IMG/VR virus record: IMGVR_UViG_3300007634_000002
Coordinates: 11,519 to 75,518 of that record
DNA length: 64,000 nt
Reading direction: 5' to 3' (one strand)
Source: a virus
A program made the position numbers and the translations under genes. Under the pieces are notes generated by a model. That model did no database searches. It was not told the DNA's origin and saw nothing but the letters and a program-made list of their open reading frames with translations. Positions 18,031 to 27,523 of the stretch are shown piece by piece; position 1 is the stretch's first letter, and each line of letters begins with the position of its first letter.

Positions 18031-18918
18031 ATGTACTGGGATGCCGCACAAAGTGATGATCGTAATTCGTGTCAACCGTGCAGTACGACATGTCCTGCGG
18101 TATTTGATCGCGTTATCGTCAGTCATGTTATCCGTGGCGGTTCCAAGATCATGTGGGAATTGCTACAAACGTTTATTGATCCGGGTCCGTTAGTATTTCA
18201 ATTGCAGGTAGCTTCAATTTCTGGCGCCGATACTGATGCTTGGGAAAATGTAGGTCTTCCTGTTGAAAACCAGTATTGCGCCATCGATCCAGAACAACGT
18301 GTGTGGGGTAAAACTCAATACACGCACTACAGGGTAAAATTAACAACGCCATTGGGTACGTATTACTCTGCGCCTGTTTTTGGATTGGGTGTACTGGATA
18401 GACGTGGATGGCGACACGCACGAGAGATTATCCGACAAAATCGTTTGGCTTTCCGTGTGGGTCCGGGCGGTCAAGAAGGTTATCTGCTTAAACGCCGTTG
18501 GACGGGGCAACGATGTCCTGTGTGCACAGATTTACAAACTAATGAACCACGAGACGCATATTGTCCAACCTGTTACGGTACTGGTTTTCGTTGTGGCTAT
18601 TATTATCCGATGAGTTGTATTTGGGCTGAACTTAGTCCGGCACGTCGGCACATCGAACTAGATGCGGGGCAAGCTAGAGGTACGATTAACGACGTGATTG
18701 TACAGGCGCGTATGATCGCAATAGATTTAATGTCGGAAGATGATATTTGGGTTTCAGATAAGACTGACGACAGATATTACATTCACTCGGTGCAAAACAT
18801 TGCTGAGATTCGTGGAGTACCGTTGTTGGCGCAAGTAGAAATGCGTCCAATTGCGTACACCAGTCCGGTTTATACGATTGAAATTCCACGTGATTTTCAA
18901 AGCATTCATTGTGTGTGA
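18031..18918 (+). CDS. Neck/head-closure protein with a Zn-finger (CxxC...CxxC)
   Basis: CPVC...CPTCYGTGF motif; GGAGG at 18021 favours ATG 18031. Confidence 0.55.
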   Translation: MYWDAAQSDDRNSCQPCSTTCPAVFDRVIVSHVIRGGSKIMWELLQTFIDPGPLVFQLQVASISGADTDAWENVGLPVENQYCAIDPEQRVWGKTQYTHYRVKLTTPLGTYYSAPVFGLGVLDRRGWRHAREIIRQNRLAFRVGPGGQEGYLLKRRWTGQRCPVCTDLQTNEPRDAYCPTCYGTGFRCGYYYPMSCIWAELSPARRHIELDAGQARGTINDVIVQARMIAIDLMSEDDIWVSDKTDDRYYIHSVQNIAEIRGVPLLAQVEMRPIAYTSPVYTIEIPRDFQSIHCV

Positions 18919-18924
18919 GGCTAT

Positions 18925-19140
18925 ATGGCAAGTTCCGCAAATAATACTAACGCAGCAAACGCATCCCAAAAAACTGGTGATGCGTTAAAATTTGGTCTAG
19001 AGACAATGCGAATGAAAGAGTTTGAACCTGATAACGAACGTTTGATGGAGCGTCTTCTAGGAAAGGGAACGACACGTGACCCAGACACCGGACAATTGGT
19101 GCCCGCCGGATTCCCTCAGTCAGGGTACGGGCTTCGGTAA
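18925..19140 (+). CDS. Small hypothetical protein
   Basis: GAGG RBS, ATG start; overlaps the next ORF by 65 nt. Confidence 0.45.
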   Translation: MASSANNTNAANASQKTGDALKFGLETMRMKEFEPDNERLMERLLGKGTTRDPDTGQLVPAGFPQSGYGLR

Positions 19141-19789
19141 TAACGAACAGGCCAAAGGTCGTAGCTCTCGTGCGACAGATGGTTTGCAAATTAATTCGCT
19201 GTGTCAGATGGGTTTGCAGCCCATCATGTTGACAGGATTTTTTAGAGATTTATTAACGCGGCATTTTCAGGCAGAAAATATAGAACAGCACGATTTGCGT
19301 CGTTACATTTGGAAGGAAGATTTAACAACGGGTATATTGATAGAGAGCATTCACCGTTGGCGTGGTGATCTTGCCGAGAAGCGTCCCGCTATTTTGATTA
19401 AGCGCAACCAGTATTCAAATACACGTATGTTGGTTGGTGATCAAGCAGGTGTAGACGATTACGGTAATAGTTGTTACGCAACTTGGTGGGCGGGGTCACA
19501 TACGTTATTTTGCATTCATGCATCCGGTGCAAGTGCTGAAATTTTAGCTACAGAGGTGCAGCGCGAGATTACACAGTTTGCACCCGTTCTGATGGATACA
19601 TTGAATTTATTTAGATTAGTTGTCACAGATGTTGGACCGATTGCCGAAATCGAGGAAGCTAAAGAATCATTTGTGATTCCTGTGACTATCGGCTGGGCGT
19701 ATCAGGAAGCATGGAAGATTCGGCAGGAAGCGTTGCGTCTGCAAGGTATTAAACTTAGTACTTTGTTGGACGGCGTAAATTTGACTTAG
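19076..19789 (+). CDS. Putative tail terminator/completion protein
   Basis: 237 aa directly before the sheath gene; alpha/beta pattern; start codon uncertain. Confidence 0.5.
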   Translation: MTQTPDNWCPPDSLSQGTGFGNNEQAKGRSSRATDGLQINSLCQMGLQPIMLTGFFRDLLTRHFQAENIEQHDLRRYIWKEDLTTGILIESIHRWRGDLAEKRPAILIKRNQYSNTRMLVGDQAGVDDYGNSCYATWWAGSHTLFCIHASGASAEILATEVQREITQFAPVLMDTLNLFRLVVTDVGPIAEIEEAKESFVIPVTIGWAYQEAWKIRQEALRLQGIKLSTLLDGVNLT

Positions 19790-19810
19790 GTTTTGCCTTG
19801 GTTGTATAAC
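19781..19810 (+). promoter_or_regulatory. Sigma70-like promoter upstream of the tail sheath gene
   Basis: TTGACT-N18-TATAAC, 25 nt before ATG 19836. Confidence 0.4.
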
Positions 19811-19835
19811 GAATACAGGCTTGGAGGTACAGAAA

Positions 19836-22670
19836 ATGGCTACGTACGTTCTTCCGCAAGTTCAGGTTTTTCAAGATTTTCAAGCAGCTGTGGTTGCCAA
19901 TGGTAATCCATTGAACGCCCATATCTCCGGCCCGCACGCATATCTATTGCGTTATGCGGAAGAAAGTGAACGGTCTAAGGGCCTTCTGGGCTACTACGAT
20001 ACCGTTCTTGACAACAATTATGCGTGGCCTACTCTCCCTGCTGGCGCCATAGTAGACGAAGGTTACGTTAAGGTCTACATCAAAGACGCTCTTCTTAAAT
20101 ATTACGAAGACGGATTGTCGTCTGGTTCAGTCATTACCAAAGTTGACGGTTTTAGCAACCGCATCATCTCTGACACCAAGTCGTTCGCCAGCAACGGCAC
20201 GGCCTACCCACGTTCAGCCGATTTCTACGATCGCGACGTTAAAACCGGCGACGTAGTTAAAGTTCGTGGTATCAGCGGCGGTCAGTCCGTGACATTGTGG
20301 ACCTACGTCAAGAAATTAGTTCCTAACGTTGTTGCTTCTTCTGTCGGCACTGTAGAAGTTGACGCAAGCAACGCACCGTGGCAGAGTGATGCCGCATCTA
20401 TCGTTAAACTTTCTGGCCCTGACAATTGCGTATACCCCGTTGTCGCTGCTCACGACTACGAAGGTCGCGCCAGCGGTGATGTCAACGAAACATATGACAT
20501 CCTTGTAACCGGCGGATCTGTTAACGGAGACTTGACCACCGCTAAATTGCGCGTGATCTCAGGCTCTGGCCGTGACGACGTAGCCGAAGTTACGCCCGCA
20601 GCAGTCGGTCAAAGCACCGCAATCGGTACACGCGGATTTCGCGTTGAATTTTACAATTCGGCGGCTGGCGGATGCTCAGCGTCGGCTACGGCTGACGCCG
20701 TATCTGCGGATGATTTAATCATCGGTCAGCGTTGGCGTGCAAGTGTTTCTGACTTCATTGCCGCTGTTAGTGTCACAGCTGGCGGTACTTATGCCGCAAG
20801 TAAAGACACGACTTACATTATTACGGTGACCCGTGGCGGTAAGGCTATCGATACACTGCCCCCACAAATCTCCGTCACCACAAACGACGGCAGCGATGTC
20901 TCAGGGCCTACGACAGTGCTTGTAAACTGGGTGAGCAACACCACTGTTAATATTGGTACCAAAGGCGTAACCCTGACTTTCGGTCAATCTCGCGGCCTTG
21001 TTAAGGGCGACCGTTATTACATTTCGTGCACAGGTGAATCTGCGGGTGCCTATAAAACCATCGAACTTGGTCACAGTCTTGACTCAGGTATTGCTGCTGG
21101 TGATCCCGTCGAAGTCACTTTGTACATTCGCAAACCGGTGTTGAACGTCACGAAGAACCGCATTGGATTCGCACCTCTGATTAACTGGGAAACCAGCGAA
21201 ACAGAACTCAGTGTGTACTCTGGCATGGTTGCTTACGATTCAACTTGGACCGATTCCGGTGTTGAATTGCCTTTGGATGTTGTTTCCGAAGCATCTAAGG
21301 ATTACGGCGCTGTGTATGTAGAATACCGCGCGTGGGTGCAAACTCTTACTAACGAAGTGAATTTTATTAACAACGTTGGTGAAATTGATGATGCGATTTC
21401 TGGACCACTTGACCCAGACAATCCACTTAAGTGGGGGGTGTTCAAGGCGCTTGAAAACAGCAATGGTACCGCTGTAGGGTATACGGCTGTTAGTAATCCA
21501 GACGATGCTACAACGTGGGCCGATGTGCTGGAAGCATTGCTTGGTCGCGACGATGTTTACAACCTTGTGCCGCTGACCCGCAACCGTACGGTATTGGATC
21601 TTTACGCTGCACACGTAACGGCTTTGTCGTCGCCTGAGCGCGGACTGTGGCGCGTACTGTGGGTAAACCTCGCAGGTATTCCAGAGATTCCTGTAGTGTC
21701 CGCTGGTTCGACCGTAGTCAACCACATTGCAGCCACTACTTCTGACGGCGAAGAATGCTTGGCTACGATTGTTGACGATCCTGACACTTCAGGTTCTCAA
21801 TTCACTATCGTCAGCAACACTAACGCTAATGGTAATTTTGTCACCAACGATGTGCGTGTAGGTGACATTGTACGCGCCGTTTACGTAGGCGATGGTTTTG
21901 GTGGCGTCACTTACTCAGAATACACAATTGCTGAAGTTGTGTCAGAAGATCAGTTGCGACTTGTTTCGGGGCCTGCTGCTCCAGTTAATTCCGCGGCTAA
22001 GATTGAAATCTGGCGTTCACTCAGTGCAACAGCTGAAGCGGCTGAAATTGCGTTGGATGCTGGTAGCTGGGGCTCTCGTCGCATTCGCGCAGTATGGCCT
22101 GACACGATCGAATCCAGCGGCACTGTCATGGAAGGTTATTTCCTTGCAGCGTCTTTGGCTGGTTTGTCTGCCGGCTTGCTTCCACAGCAACCAATGACTC
22201 GCGTTGAAATCGTTGGTTACTCTCGGGCTGCGCGCACCACGGTAAAGTTCAACCGTGCGCAATTGGATACGTTGGCAGCTTCCGGCGTATTCATTGTGAC
22301 GCAGAACGGTAACAACGGCCAGATTTTTGCACGGCACGCACTCACGACCGGTGCATATACCGACATCAATCAGCGTGAAGAATCGGTTACACGTAATGTG
22401 GACTATGTCAGTTACGCTGTACGCGATGTGCTTGATCCATTCATCGGCATCTACAATATCAACCAAAACATCATCAACCGTGTATCTTTGGCGCTGCGTG
22501 AATCGCTGGATACATTTACTGTAAATACCACAACTACGGGTCCTGTGCTGATTGCGTACGCGGATCTTGCCGTTGTACAAGACAGTTTGCTTAAGGACAA
22601 GTTGAACGTCACGGTCAATATTTCGGTTCCGTATGCCCTCAACAACATTGCCGTACGTCTGATCGTTTGA
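19836..22670 (+). CDS. Tail sheath protein
   Basis: C-terminal FNRAQLDTLAASGVFIVTQ...RHALTT...EESVTRNVDYVSY and VNISVPYALNNI are typical of contractile sheaths; GGAGG RBS favours ATG 19836. Confidence 0.85.
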   Translation: MATYVLPQVQVFQDFQAAVVANGNPLNAHISGPHAYLLRYAEESERSKGLLGYYDTVLDNNYAWPTLPAGAIVDEGYVKVYIKDALLKYYEDGLSSGSVITKVDGFSNRIISDTKSFASNGTAYPRSADFYDRDVKTGDVVKVRGISGGQSVTLWTYVKKLVPNVVASSVGTVEVDASNAPWQSDAASIVKLSGPDNCVYPVVAAHDYEGRASGDVNETYDILVTGGSVNGDLTTAKLRVISGSGRDDVAEVTPAAVGQSTAIGTRGFRVEFYNSAAGGCSASATADAVSADDLIIGQRWRASVSDFIAAVSVTAGGTYAASKDTTYIITVTRGGKAIDTLPPQISVTTNDGSDVSGPTTVLVNWVSNTTVNIGTKGVTLTFGQSRGLVKGDRYYISCTGESAGAYKTIELGHSLDSGIAAGDPVEVTLYIRKPVLNVTKNRIGFAPLINWETSETELSVYSGMVAYDSTWTDSGVELPLDVVSEASKDYGAVYVEYRAWVQTLTNEVNFINNVGEIDDAISGPLDPDNPLKWGVFKALENSNGTAVGYTAVSNPDDATTWADVLEALLGRDDVYNLVPLTRNRTVLDLYAAHVTALSSPERGLWRVLWVNLAGIPEIPVVSAGSTVVNHIAATTSDGEECLATIVDDPDTSGSQFTIVSNTNANGNFVTNDVRVGDIVRAVYVGDGFGGVTYSEYTIAEVVSEDQLRLVSGPAAPVNSAAKIEIWRSLSATAEAAEIALDAGSWGSRRIRAVWPDTIESSGTVMEGYFLAASLAGLSAGLLPQQPMTRVEIVGYSRAARTTVKFNRAQLDTLAASGVFIVTQNGNNGQIFARHALTTGAYTDINQREESVTRNVDYVSYAVRDVLDPFIGIYNINQNIINRVSLALRESLDTFTVNTTTTGPVLIAYADLAVVQDSLLKDKLNVTVNISVPYALNNIAVRLIV

Positions 22671-22698
22671 TCCGAATTACCGCGGCAGGAGGTTTGAC

Positions 22699-23175
22699 AT
22701 GGCCAATATTTTTAATCGTGAAGTTCAACAGTATGCGGGCGGTTTTCGTGCCGACAAGGGCATTATCACCGCAGCAGGTGGACTTAGCGGACTGATGATG
22801 CAGAGCTTGACTCTGCAATATCAGCGTCCAATTACGAAGGTGTACGAATTGGGCGTTGCCGGTAATGCTGCAAACGTTTATTACGTTGAAGGCAAGCCAC
22901 AGGGCAACGTCAACGTTGCACACATCGTTGGTTTTAACTTTTCCGTACGCAATTTTTACGCTGCGTACGGCGATGCTTGCTCGCCAAAACAACTGGCACT
23001 TAATGTTGGTTCGGCGCAATGTCCTGCCGCAGGCGCAGTTTCAAGCGGCGTGTTTTCGGTACTTCTCAATTCATGCGTCATCAGTTCAATCGGTATGAGC
23101 GTGCAGGCGCAGAACTTGATTATCAACGAAAACTCAGTACTTGAGTTTGCCGACCTGTCTTACACCGGCGACTAA
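22699..23175 (+). CDS. Tail tube protein
   Basis: 158 aa immediately after the sheath gene, AGGAGG RBS, followed by a terminator. Confidence 0.7.
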   Translation: MANIFNREVQQYAGGFRADKGIITAAGGLSGLMMQSLTLQYQRPITKVYELGVAGNAANVYYVEGKPQGNVNVAHIVGFNFSVRNFYAAYGDACSPKQLALNVGSAQCPAAGAVSSGVFSVLLNSCVISSIGMSVQAQNLIINENSVLEFADLSYTGD

Positions 23176-23202
23176 GTTTAAAAGTTTGTTACTTATTATG
23201 CG

Positions 23203-23230
23203 CCCCGTGGTATTATTACCACGGGGTTTT
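23203..23230 (+). terminator. Rho-independent terminator
   Basis: CCCCGTGGTA-TTAT-TACCACGGGG followed by TTTT. Confidence 0.85.
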
Positions 23231-23257
23231 CCTTTATCCTGATCTATATGGTGTTGC

Positions 23258-26053
23258 ATGAATGACTCGCATCTTGGTGCGACTGACAATATTTTCGGTA
23301 ATAACAACAATTCCAGCGTACCTCAACTAGACTCTGCGCTTCGTAACTTAGAGGCTATGTTTATTAGTCCTCACGCTAACGCGCGAGACGTTAATCGAGT
23401 TTTGCAGACACAACACAATGTACTTGGCAGTCAATCTCTCATTATCGGTGTTGTTGCGCACACTATTCCTTATCTGGGGTGGCATCGCGTTCAATTAAAC
23501 GATAGTCGCGGTGTGATGCGTTGTTGTTCGCTCAGTACGGCTAGTTTTATGCCGTTTGGTGTACGTGATGCAACGGTGTATCCTGCTGGCTCAACGGTTT
23601 TGGTATATACGCCTCGAAATTCACCATTTGGTTATATTATTGGTTCTATTCCTTCGGTGTATCCCGTCAAAAAGTTAGAAGATTTAACTCAAGGTAAAAA
23701 TTATTCCGACTTTATCAGTCAAGGCGGAATGTCGGGCATGTTTCAAGAGCAAGTGCATTCGTATCCCGTGCAACGTCTTTTAAACGCCGCCAGTGCGCTT
23801 GATTTTTCAGCAGGCCGTCCTCGAGACCTAACGTCGCAAGAAAAGGTGTTTAGTACCGCTACAGGTTTGTTATTTTCGCTTGATGACTACATGTTCCAAT
23901 TACGTGTTAACGAAATGTGCGGTATTTGGGGCTCGTTGATCGATAGCCACTTACGTATCGCAGGACAGCAGTTATTGGTAGAATCCGCAACCTACGAACT
24001 TGATACAGGTAACGATGAAGGCGAATCTACTTTTGTTGCGGGCGTAGCCACGTATCCGTGGGAAGCGCTGGGATTGTCACGTCCTGATACGCAAATTGGT
24101 AGTGACTACACTGACGGTTTAAATAATGCTGATGCGTTTAAACGGCAAGATGATCCTGACAAAGGGGCGTGGCCGTATGCGCCATATGACGTAAGCGGTA
24201 AACCCGAGACGACGGAGTCACGTGCCACAGAAGACACGGCCGATTCCCGCCCATTCTACCGTTACCGCGAATACGGCGGATATCTAGGACAGGGACATGT
24301 GCGTGAAGTTGCCGTACCACTTTTTGACGGAAAAAATACACTTTCTGCACGTTCACCTGAGGGCGTGTTTGAGGAATGGATTGGATTAGACGGATCGTAC
24401 CATTTATTTAGCGCCAAATCCGTCATGATAGGTCGGCGTGTTAACATGCCAATTGCGGAGCAGCGCAAAGATGCAGCTGACGGTACTGGCGACGACGCTA
24501 AAGCGGATAATTATCGGTATTCAGGTTACTTCGGTAACGCAACACAACATCGTGTCGGCGATGTACGCGTACCTGACGACAATCCAAGCATTCGTCGGGT
24601 TATGGGCGTAGATGAATTAATCGCTTATGCAGTTAATTGGAAACGCGTGCATCCCTTCCATTACCACAAGAACGATTACCGGGTACGGGAAGAATCGGAA
24701 GGCACTACGTTTACACAAGTGCAGGACAATTTGAATTTTGCAGAATTGGGCGGGGCTAACACCATGTCACCGGTGTCTCCTCGCTCTATGCGTATCGATC
24801 ATCGTTACGCCGAGGTCTTGTACTATCAAACAACGTCTTTCTTGTGTTTCCTCGAAGATGGCGGTGTTGTTTTAGCCGACGGTTTTGGTTCTGCAATCAA
24901 AATGGTTGGCGGTAAAATTCGATTGGAATGTGCTGGGGATATTGAACTGGTACCCGGAAGAAACATAGTTGTTATGGGTAATCAGATTGTGTTGAGAGCT
25001 AAAACTTCTGTAGACATTTCTGCATCTGATAACGACGTGCGTATTAAAGCACAACGCAATTTGCACATGTTGGCAGGTAATGGCGGCCAAGGCGGTGTAC
25101 TTGTTGAGTGCAAGGGAATGGGCTCGTTGCAAGAATACGAAAACAACATTGGCCAAGACGTTGTTTCAAATGGAATTGTATTTAAAGCTCCCGACAGCGT
25201 AGTTGCTGCATATGGCGGAGACGTGTATTTGCGTTCGGCAGCGGATAAACAAATCAATTTGGACGCTGACAAAGGACGCAGTCAAATTAATTTCTACGGT
25301 AGTCGTGTAGCTGTATTCTGCAATAAAAGCGTTGATTTCCTTATAGGTCCGTCCAACGAAGACAGTACCGTTAATTTTGCGTATAGTTTTAACGCAACCA
25401 GCGCAATCCTTCCAGTAAACCTATTAGTTGGGGGCAACATTACTAATTACGGCGACAACAAAAGCATTTTTACAACTGGCGGCGTATACGCTAAAGGCAG
25501 CATTGCAACGCTTAAAACTTTTGCCCAGTCTAAGGCGGGTATGGTTGGAAAAGTTCCAGACACGTTATCTGGTGCTTTGGATGACATTACCAAGCCTCAA
25601 GCAGATGCCGTAGCCGCATTTAAAGATGCAGGTAAAGAAATGCACGACACGTATTTTGTGCAGTCGTATTACCAAGACAGACAACTTGGCAACGACACCA
25701 CAATTAAAAATATGCAATTTAGTTATCGAGATACCGAAGATCAAAACCAGTATAAAACCGCAAATATGTTGTGGGATCAGCGTCGTTGGGAAAAATTTGT
25801 ATCGTTGGGTCTTGGTACTGGCGGTGAAAGCTGGATTGAAAATCCCGTGTCATATCAAGGTGTAGACTTGTATCCGTGGCCCGGGCGTAAAGCGTGGAAA
25901 GAGGAAGAAAATTTTATGATAGCCATAGGTGGAGGCTTGTTAGATACAGCAACAGGAAATGCAGCGTCTCGGGCGTCGGGGGTTTACGACGAGCCTGAAT
26001 TGGGTAATATACAGAACGTAACGATGGAAGAAGGTTTTCTCCAAATAGGGTGA
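23258..26053 (+). CDS. Baseplate central spike-like protein (gp5/VgrG-like)
   Basis: OB-fold-like N-terminus (LGWHRVQL...C.SL) and short beta-repeat segment (DGFGSAIKMVGGKIRLECAGDIELVPGRNIVVMG). Confidence 0.55.
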   Translation: MNDSHLGATDNIFGNNNNSSVPQLDSALRNLEAMFISPHANARDVNRVLQTQHNVLGSQSLIIGVVAHTIPYLGWHRVQLNDSRGVMRCCSLSTASFMPFGVRDATVYPAGSTVLVYTPRNSPFGYIIGSIPSVYPVKKLEDLTQGKNYSDFISQGGMSGMFQEQVHSYPVQRLLNAASALDFSAGRPRDLTSQEKVFSTATGLLFSLDDYMFQLRVNEMCGIWGSLIDSHLRIAGQQLLVESATYELDTGNDEGESTFVAGVATYPWEALGLSRPDTQIGSDYTDGLNNADAFKRQDDPDKGAWPYAPYDVSGKPETTESRATEDTADSRPFYRYREYGGYLGQGHVREVAVPLFDGKNTLSARSPEGVFEEWIGLDGSYHLFSAKSVMIGRRVNMPIAEQRKDAADGTGDDAKADNYRYSGYFGNATQHRVGDVRVPDDNPSIRRVMGVDELIAYAVNWKRVHPFHYHKNDYRVREESEGTTFTQVQDNLNFAELGGANTMSPVSPRSMRIDHRYAEVLYYQTTSFLCFLEDGGVVLADGFGSAIKMVGGKIRLECAGDIELVPGRNIVVMGNQIVLRAKTSVDISASDNDVRIKAQRNLHMLAGNGGQGGVLVECKGMGSLQEYENNIGQDVVSNGIVFKAPDSVVAAYGGDVYLRSAADKQINLDADKGRSQINFYGSRVAVFCNKSVDFLIGPSNEDSTVNFAYSFNATSAILPVNLLVGGNITNYGDNKSIFTTGGVYAKGSIATLKTFAQSKAGMVGKVPDTLSGALDDITKPQADAVAAFKDAGKEMHDTYFVQSYYQDRQLGNDTTIKNMQFSYRDTEDQNQYKTANMLWDQRRWEKFVSLGLGTGGESWIENPVSYQGVDLYPWPGRKAWKEEENFMIAIGGGLLDTATGNAASRASGVYDEPELGNIQNVTMEEGFLQIG

Positions 26054-26060
26054 GGTTTAC

Positions 26061-27041
26061 ATGGGTAAGTCGATTAACCTGAATCGTCAGCAAGAATTGC
26101 TGGCACGCGTCACAGGTGGTAAGAATTTGCCACCTGCGGCTGTTCCAACTGAAACAATTGTATCTACGAAAACCGACGAGATAACTGGAAATATTGCCGA
26201 GATTATGGCAGAAGAAAAAACGCGTATGGCACAAACACCTACGCCTAACGCTGGTAAATTTATACCGCCTGAACCGATTGCCGTTGCAGATTTGTCTCCC
26301 GAAAAAATGGCTGAAATTAGAAAATCACTTAGTAACTTAGGCGGAAGTACAAATATAACCATTGAAAACGATACGCCCGAACCTGCACCTGCATCTCCAA
26401 TACCTGAACCTACGCCGCTTAATGTCTTAGGACCAGACAGCAATGAAACAGGGATTGATACACCAATTACTGTTTGCCCGCGTTGTGCGTGGGATTTGAC
26501 CCTAAGAAATGGCCCTGAGCCAACGTATGACGACAAGCTCAAGTTCATCACGGCTATGTTGGCAAATAAACCTTTTGTTAAACGGTACAGTTTATTTAAC
26601 GGGGAATTGTTTGTTACGTTCCGGTCATTGCGCCCCAAAGAAATTGATACGTGTTACGAGCAAATTGTGTATGACGTCAACGAAGGCAAGATTAAATTTC
26701 AAGGGGATCTGTACGAAGTTGTTAACAGGTATCGTTTTTACTTACAGCTCGTTGAAATTAAGACCAAGAACACTAATGGTTTTTCGTTTGAGTTTCCTGA
26801 AGGTTTTACTCCCAAGACTAACAAGACGGCTACAACGTTTTGGGAGTTACCAGAAACCCTTGCACCTGACGATCGTGGGTTAGGTATCGTCGAAGAATAT
26901 ATGACGGCTGAGATTTTTCAAACAGAATCTCTTCACCGCGTAGTTGCCTCGACGTGCCGTGATTTTAACCGCATGGTTACGCAGTTGGAGGCGATGGTAG
27001 ACAACGCAAATTTTTGGAAACAGACAGAAACGCCGTCCTGA
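26061..27041 (+). CDS. Tail assembly chaperone (gpG-like)
   Basis: Two genes upstream of the tape measure gene; ends in an in-phase A_AAT_TTT slippery heptamer. Confidence 0.55.
   Translation: MGKSINLNRQQELLARVTGGKNLPPAAVPTETIVSTKTDEITGNIAEIMAEEKTRMAQTPTPNAGKFIPPEPIAVADLSPEKMAEIRKSLSNLGGSTNITIENDTPEPAPASPIPEPTPLNVLGPDSNETGIDTPITVCPRCAWDLTLRNGPEPTYDDKLKFITAMLANKPFVKRYSLFNGELFVTFRSLRPKEIDTCYEQIVYDVNEGKIKFQGDLYEVVNRYRFYLQLVEIKTKNTNGFSFEFPEGFTPKTNKTATTFWELPETLAPDDRGLGIVEEYMTAEIFQTESLHRVVASTCRDFNRMVTQLEAMVDNANFWKQTETPS
27008..27014 (+). promoter_or_regulatory. Predicted -1 programmed ribosomal frameshift site
   Basis: GCA AAT TTT gives an X_XXY_YYZ heptamer in the correct phase; the -1 frame is the 27014..27523 ORF. 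Confidence 0.6.
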
Positions 27042-27523
27042 TTACTCGGGCGTTTCTGCGCGGCATTATAAAGCCGGAAACTTGTCAAATTAATGATTCT
27101 TCGTGGTGGGCAAGAACAATGCCTTTGGTGCAAGCCATGGCATCGTTGGACGAACTTGATTTGTTGAAAGTGTTACACAATCACCAGTGCGCACTTATAT
27201 CTAACAGCAGTCTGGAAAAGGATTCGTTCAAGTCGGTGCAGACGCAGGCCAGAGACCTGTTTCAGGATATGATAAGTATTATGCGCCCTTGGCAAACCAA
27301 GGACAGTGCAGCTGTTACTAAGCAAACGCTCGTAGAAGCGTTTACGCAAGAGTTTGGAGACCCTAACGATCCTGCCGTTGTCGCTAAGTACAAGGCTGCT
27401 GCGGATAAGCAACGAGAGGAGTTGATGCAAACCAAACAAGCAGGAGTTGATGCGGCACAACAGGTACAGGAATTGGAACAAAGACTTACTCAGAAAATTC
27501 CAAGACCACGAGGTAAGACGTAA
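27014..27523 (+). CDS. Tail assembly chaperone extension (gpT-like), probably made by frameshift
   Basis: TTG start with no RBS, in the -1 frame of the upstream gene; TAATG-coupled to the tape measure gene. Confidence 0.6.
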   Translation: METDRNAVLITRAFLRGIIKPETCQINDSSWWARTMPLVQAMASLDELDLLKVLHNHQCALISNSSLEKDSFKSVQTQARDLFQDMISIMRPWQTKDSAAVTKQTLVEAFTQEFGDPNDPAVVAKYKAAADKQREELMQTKQAGVDAAQQVQELEQRLTQKIPRPRGKT

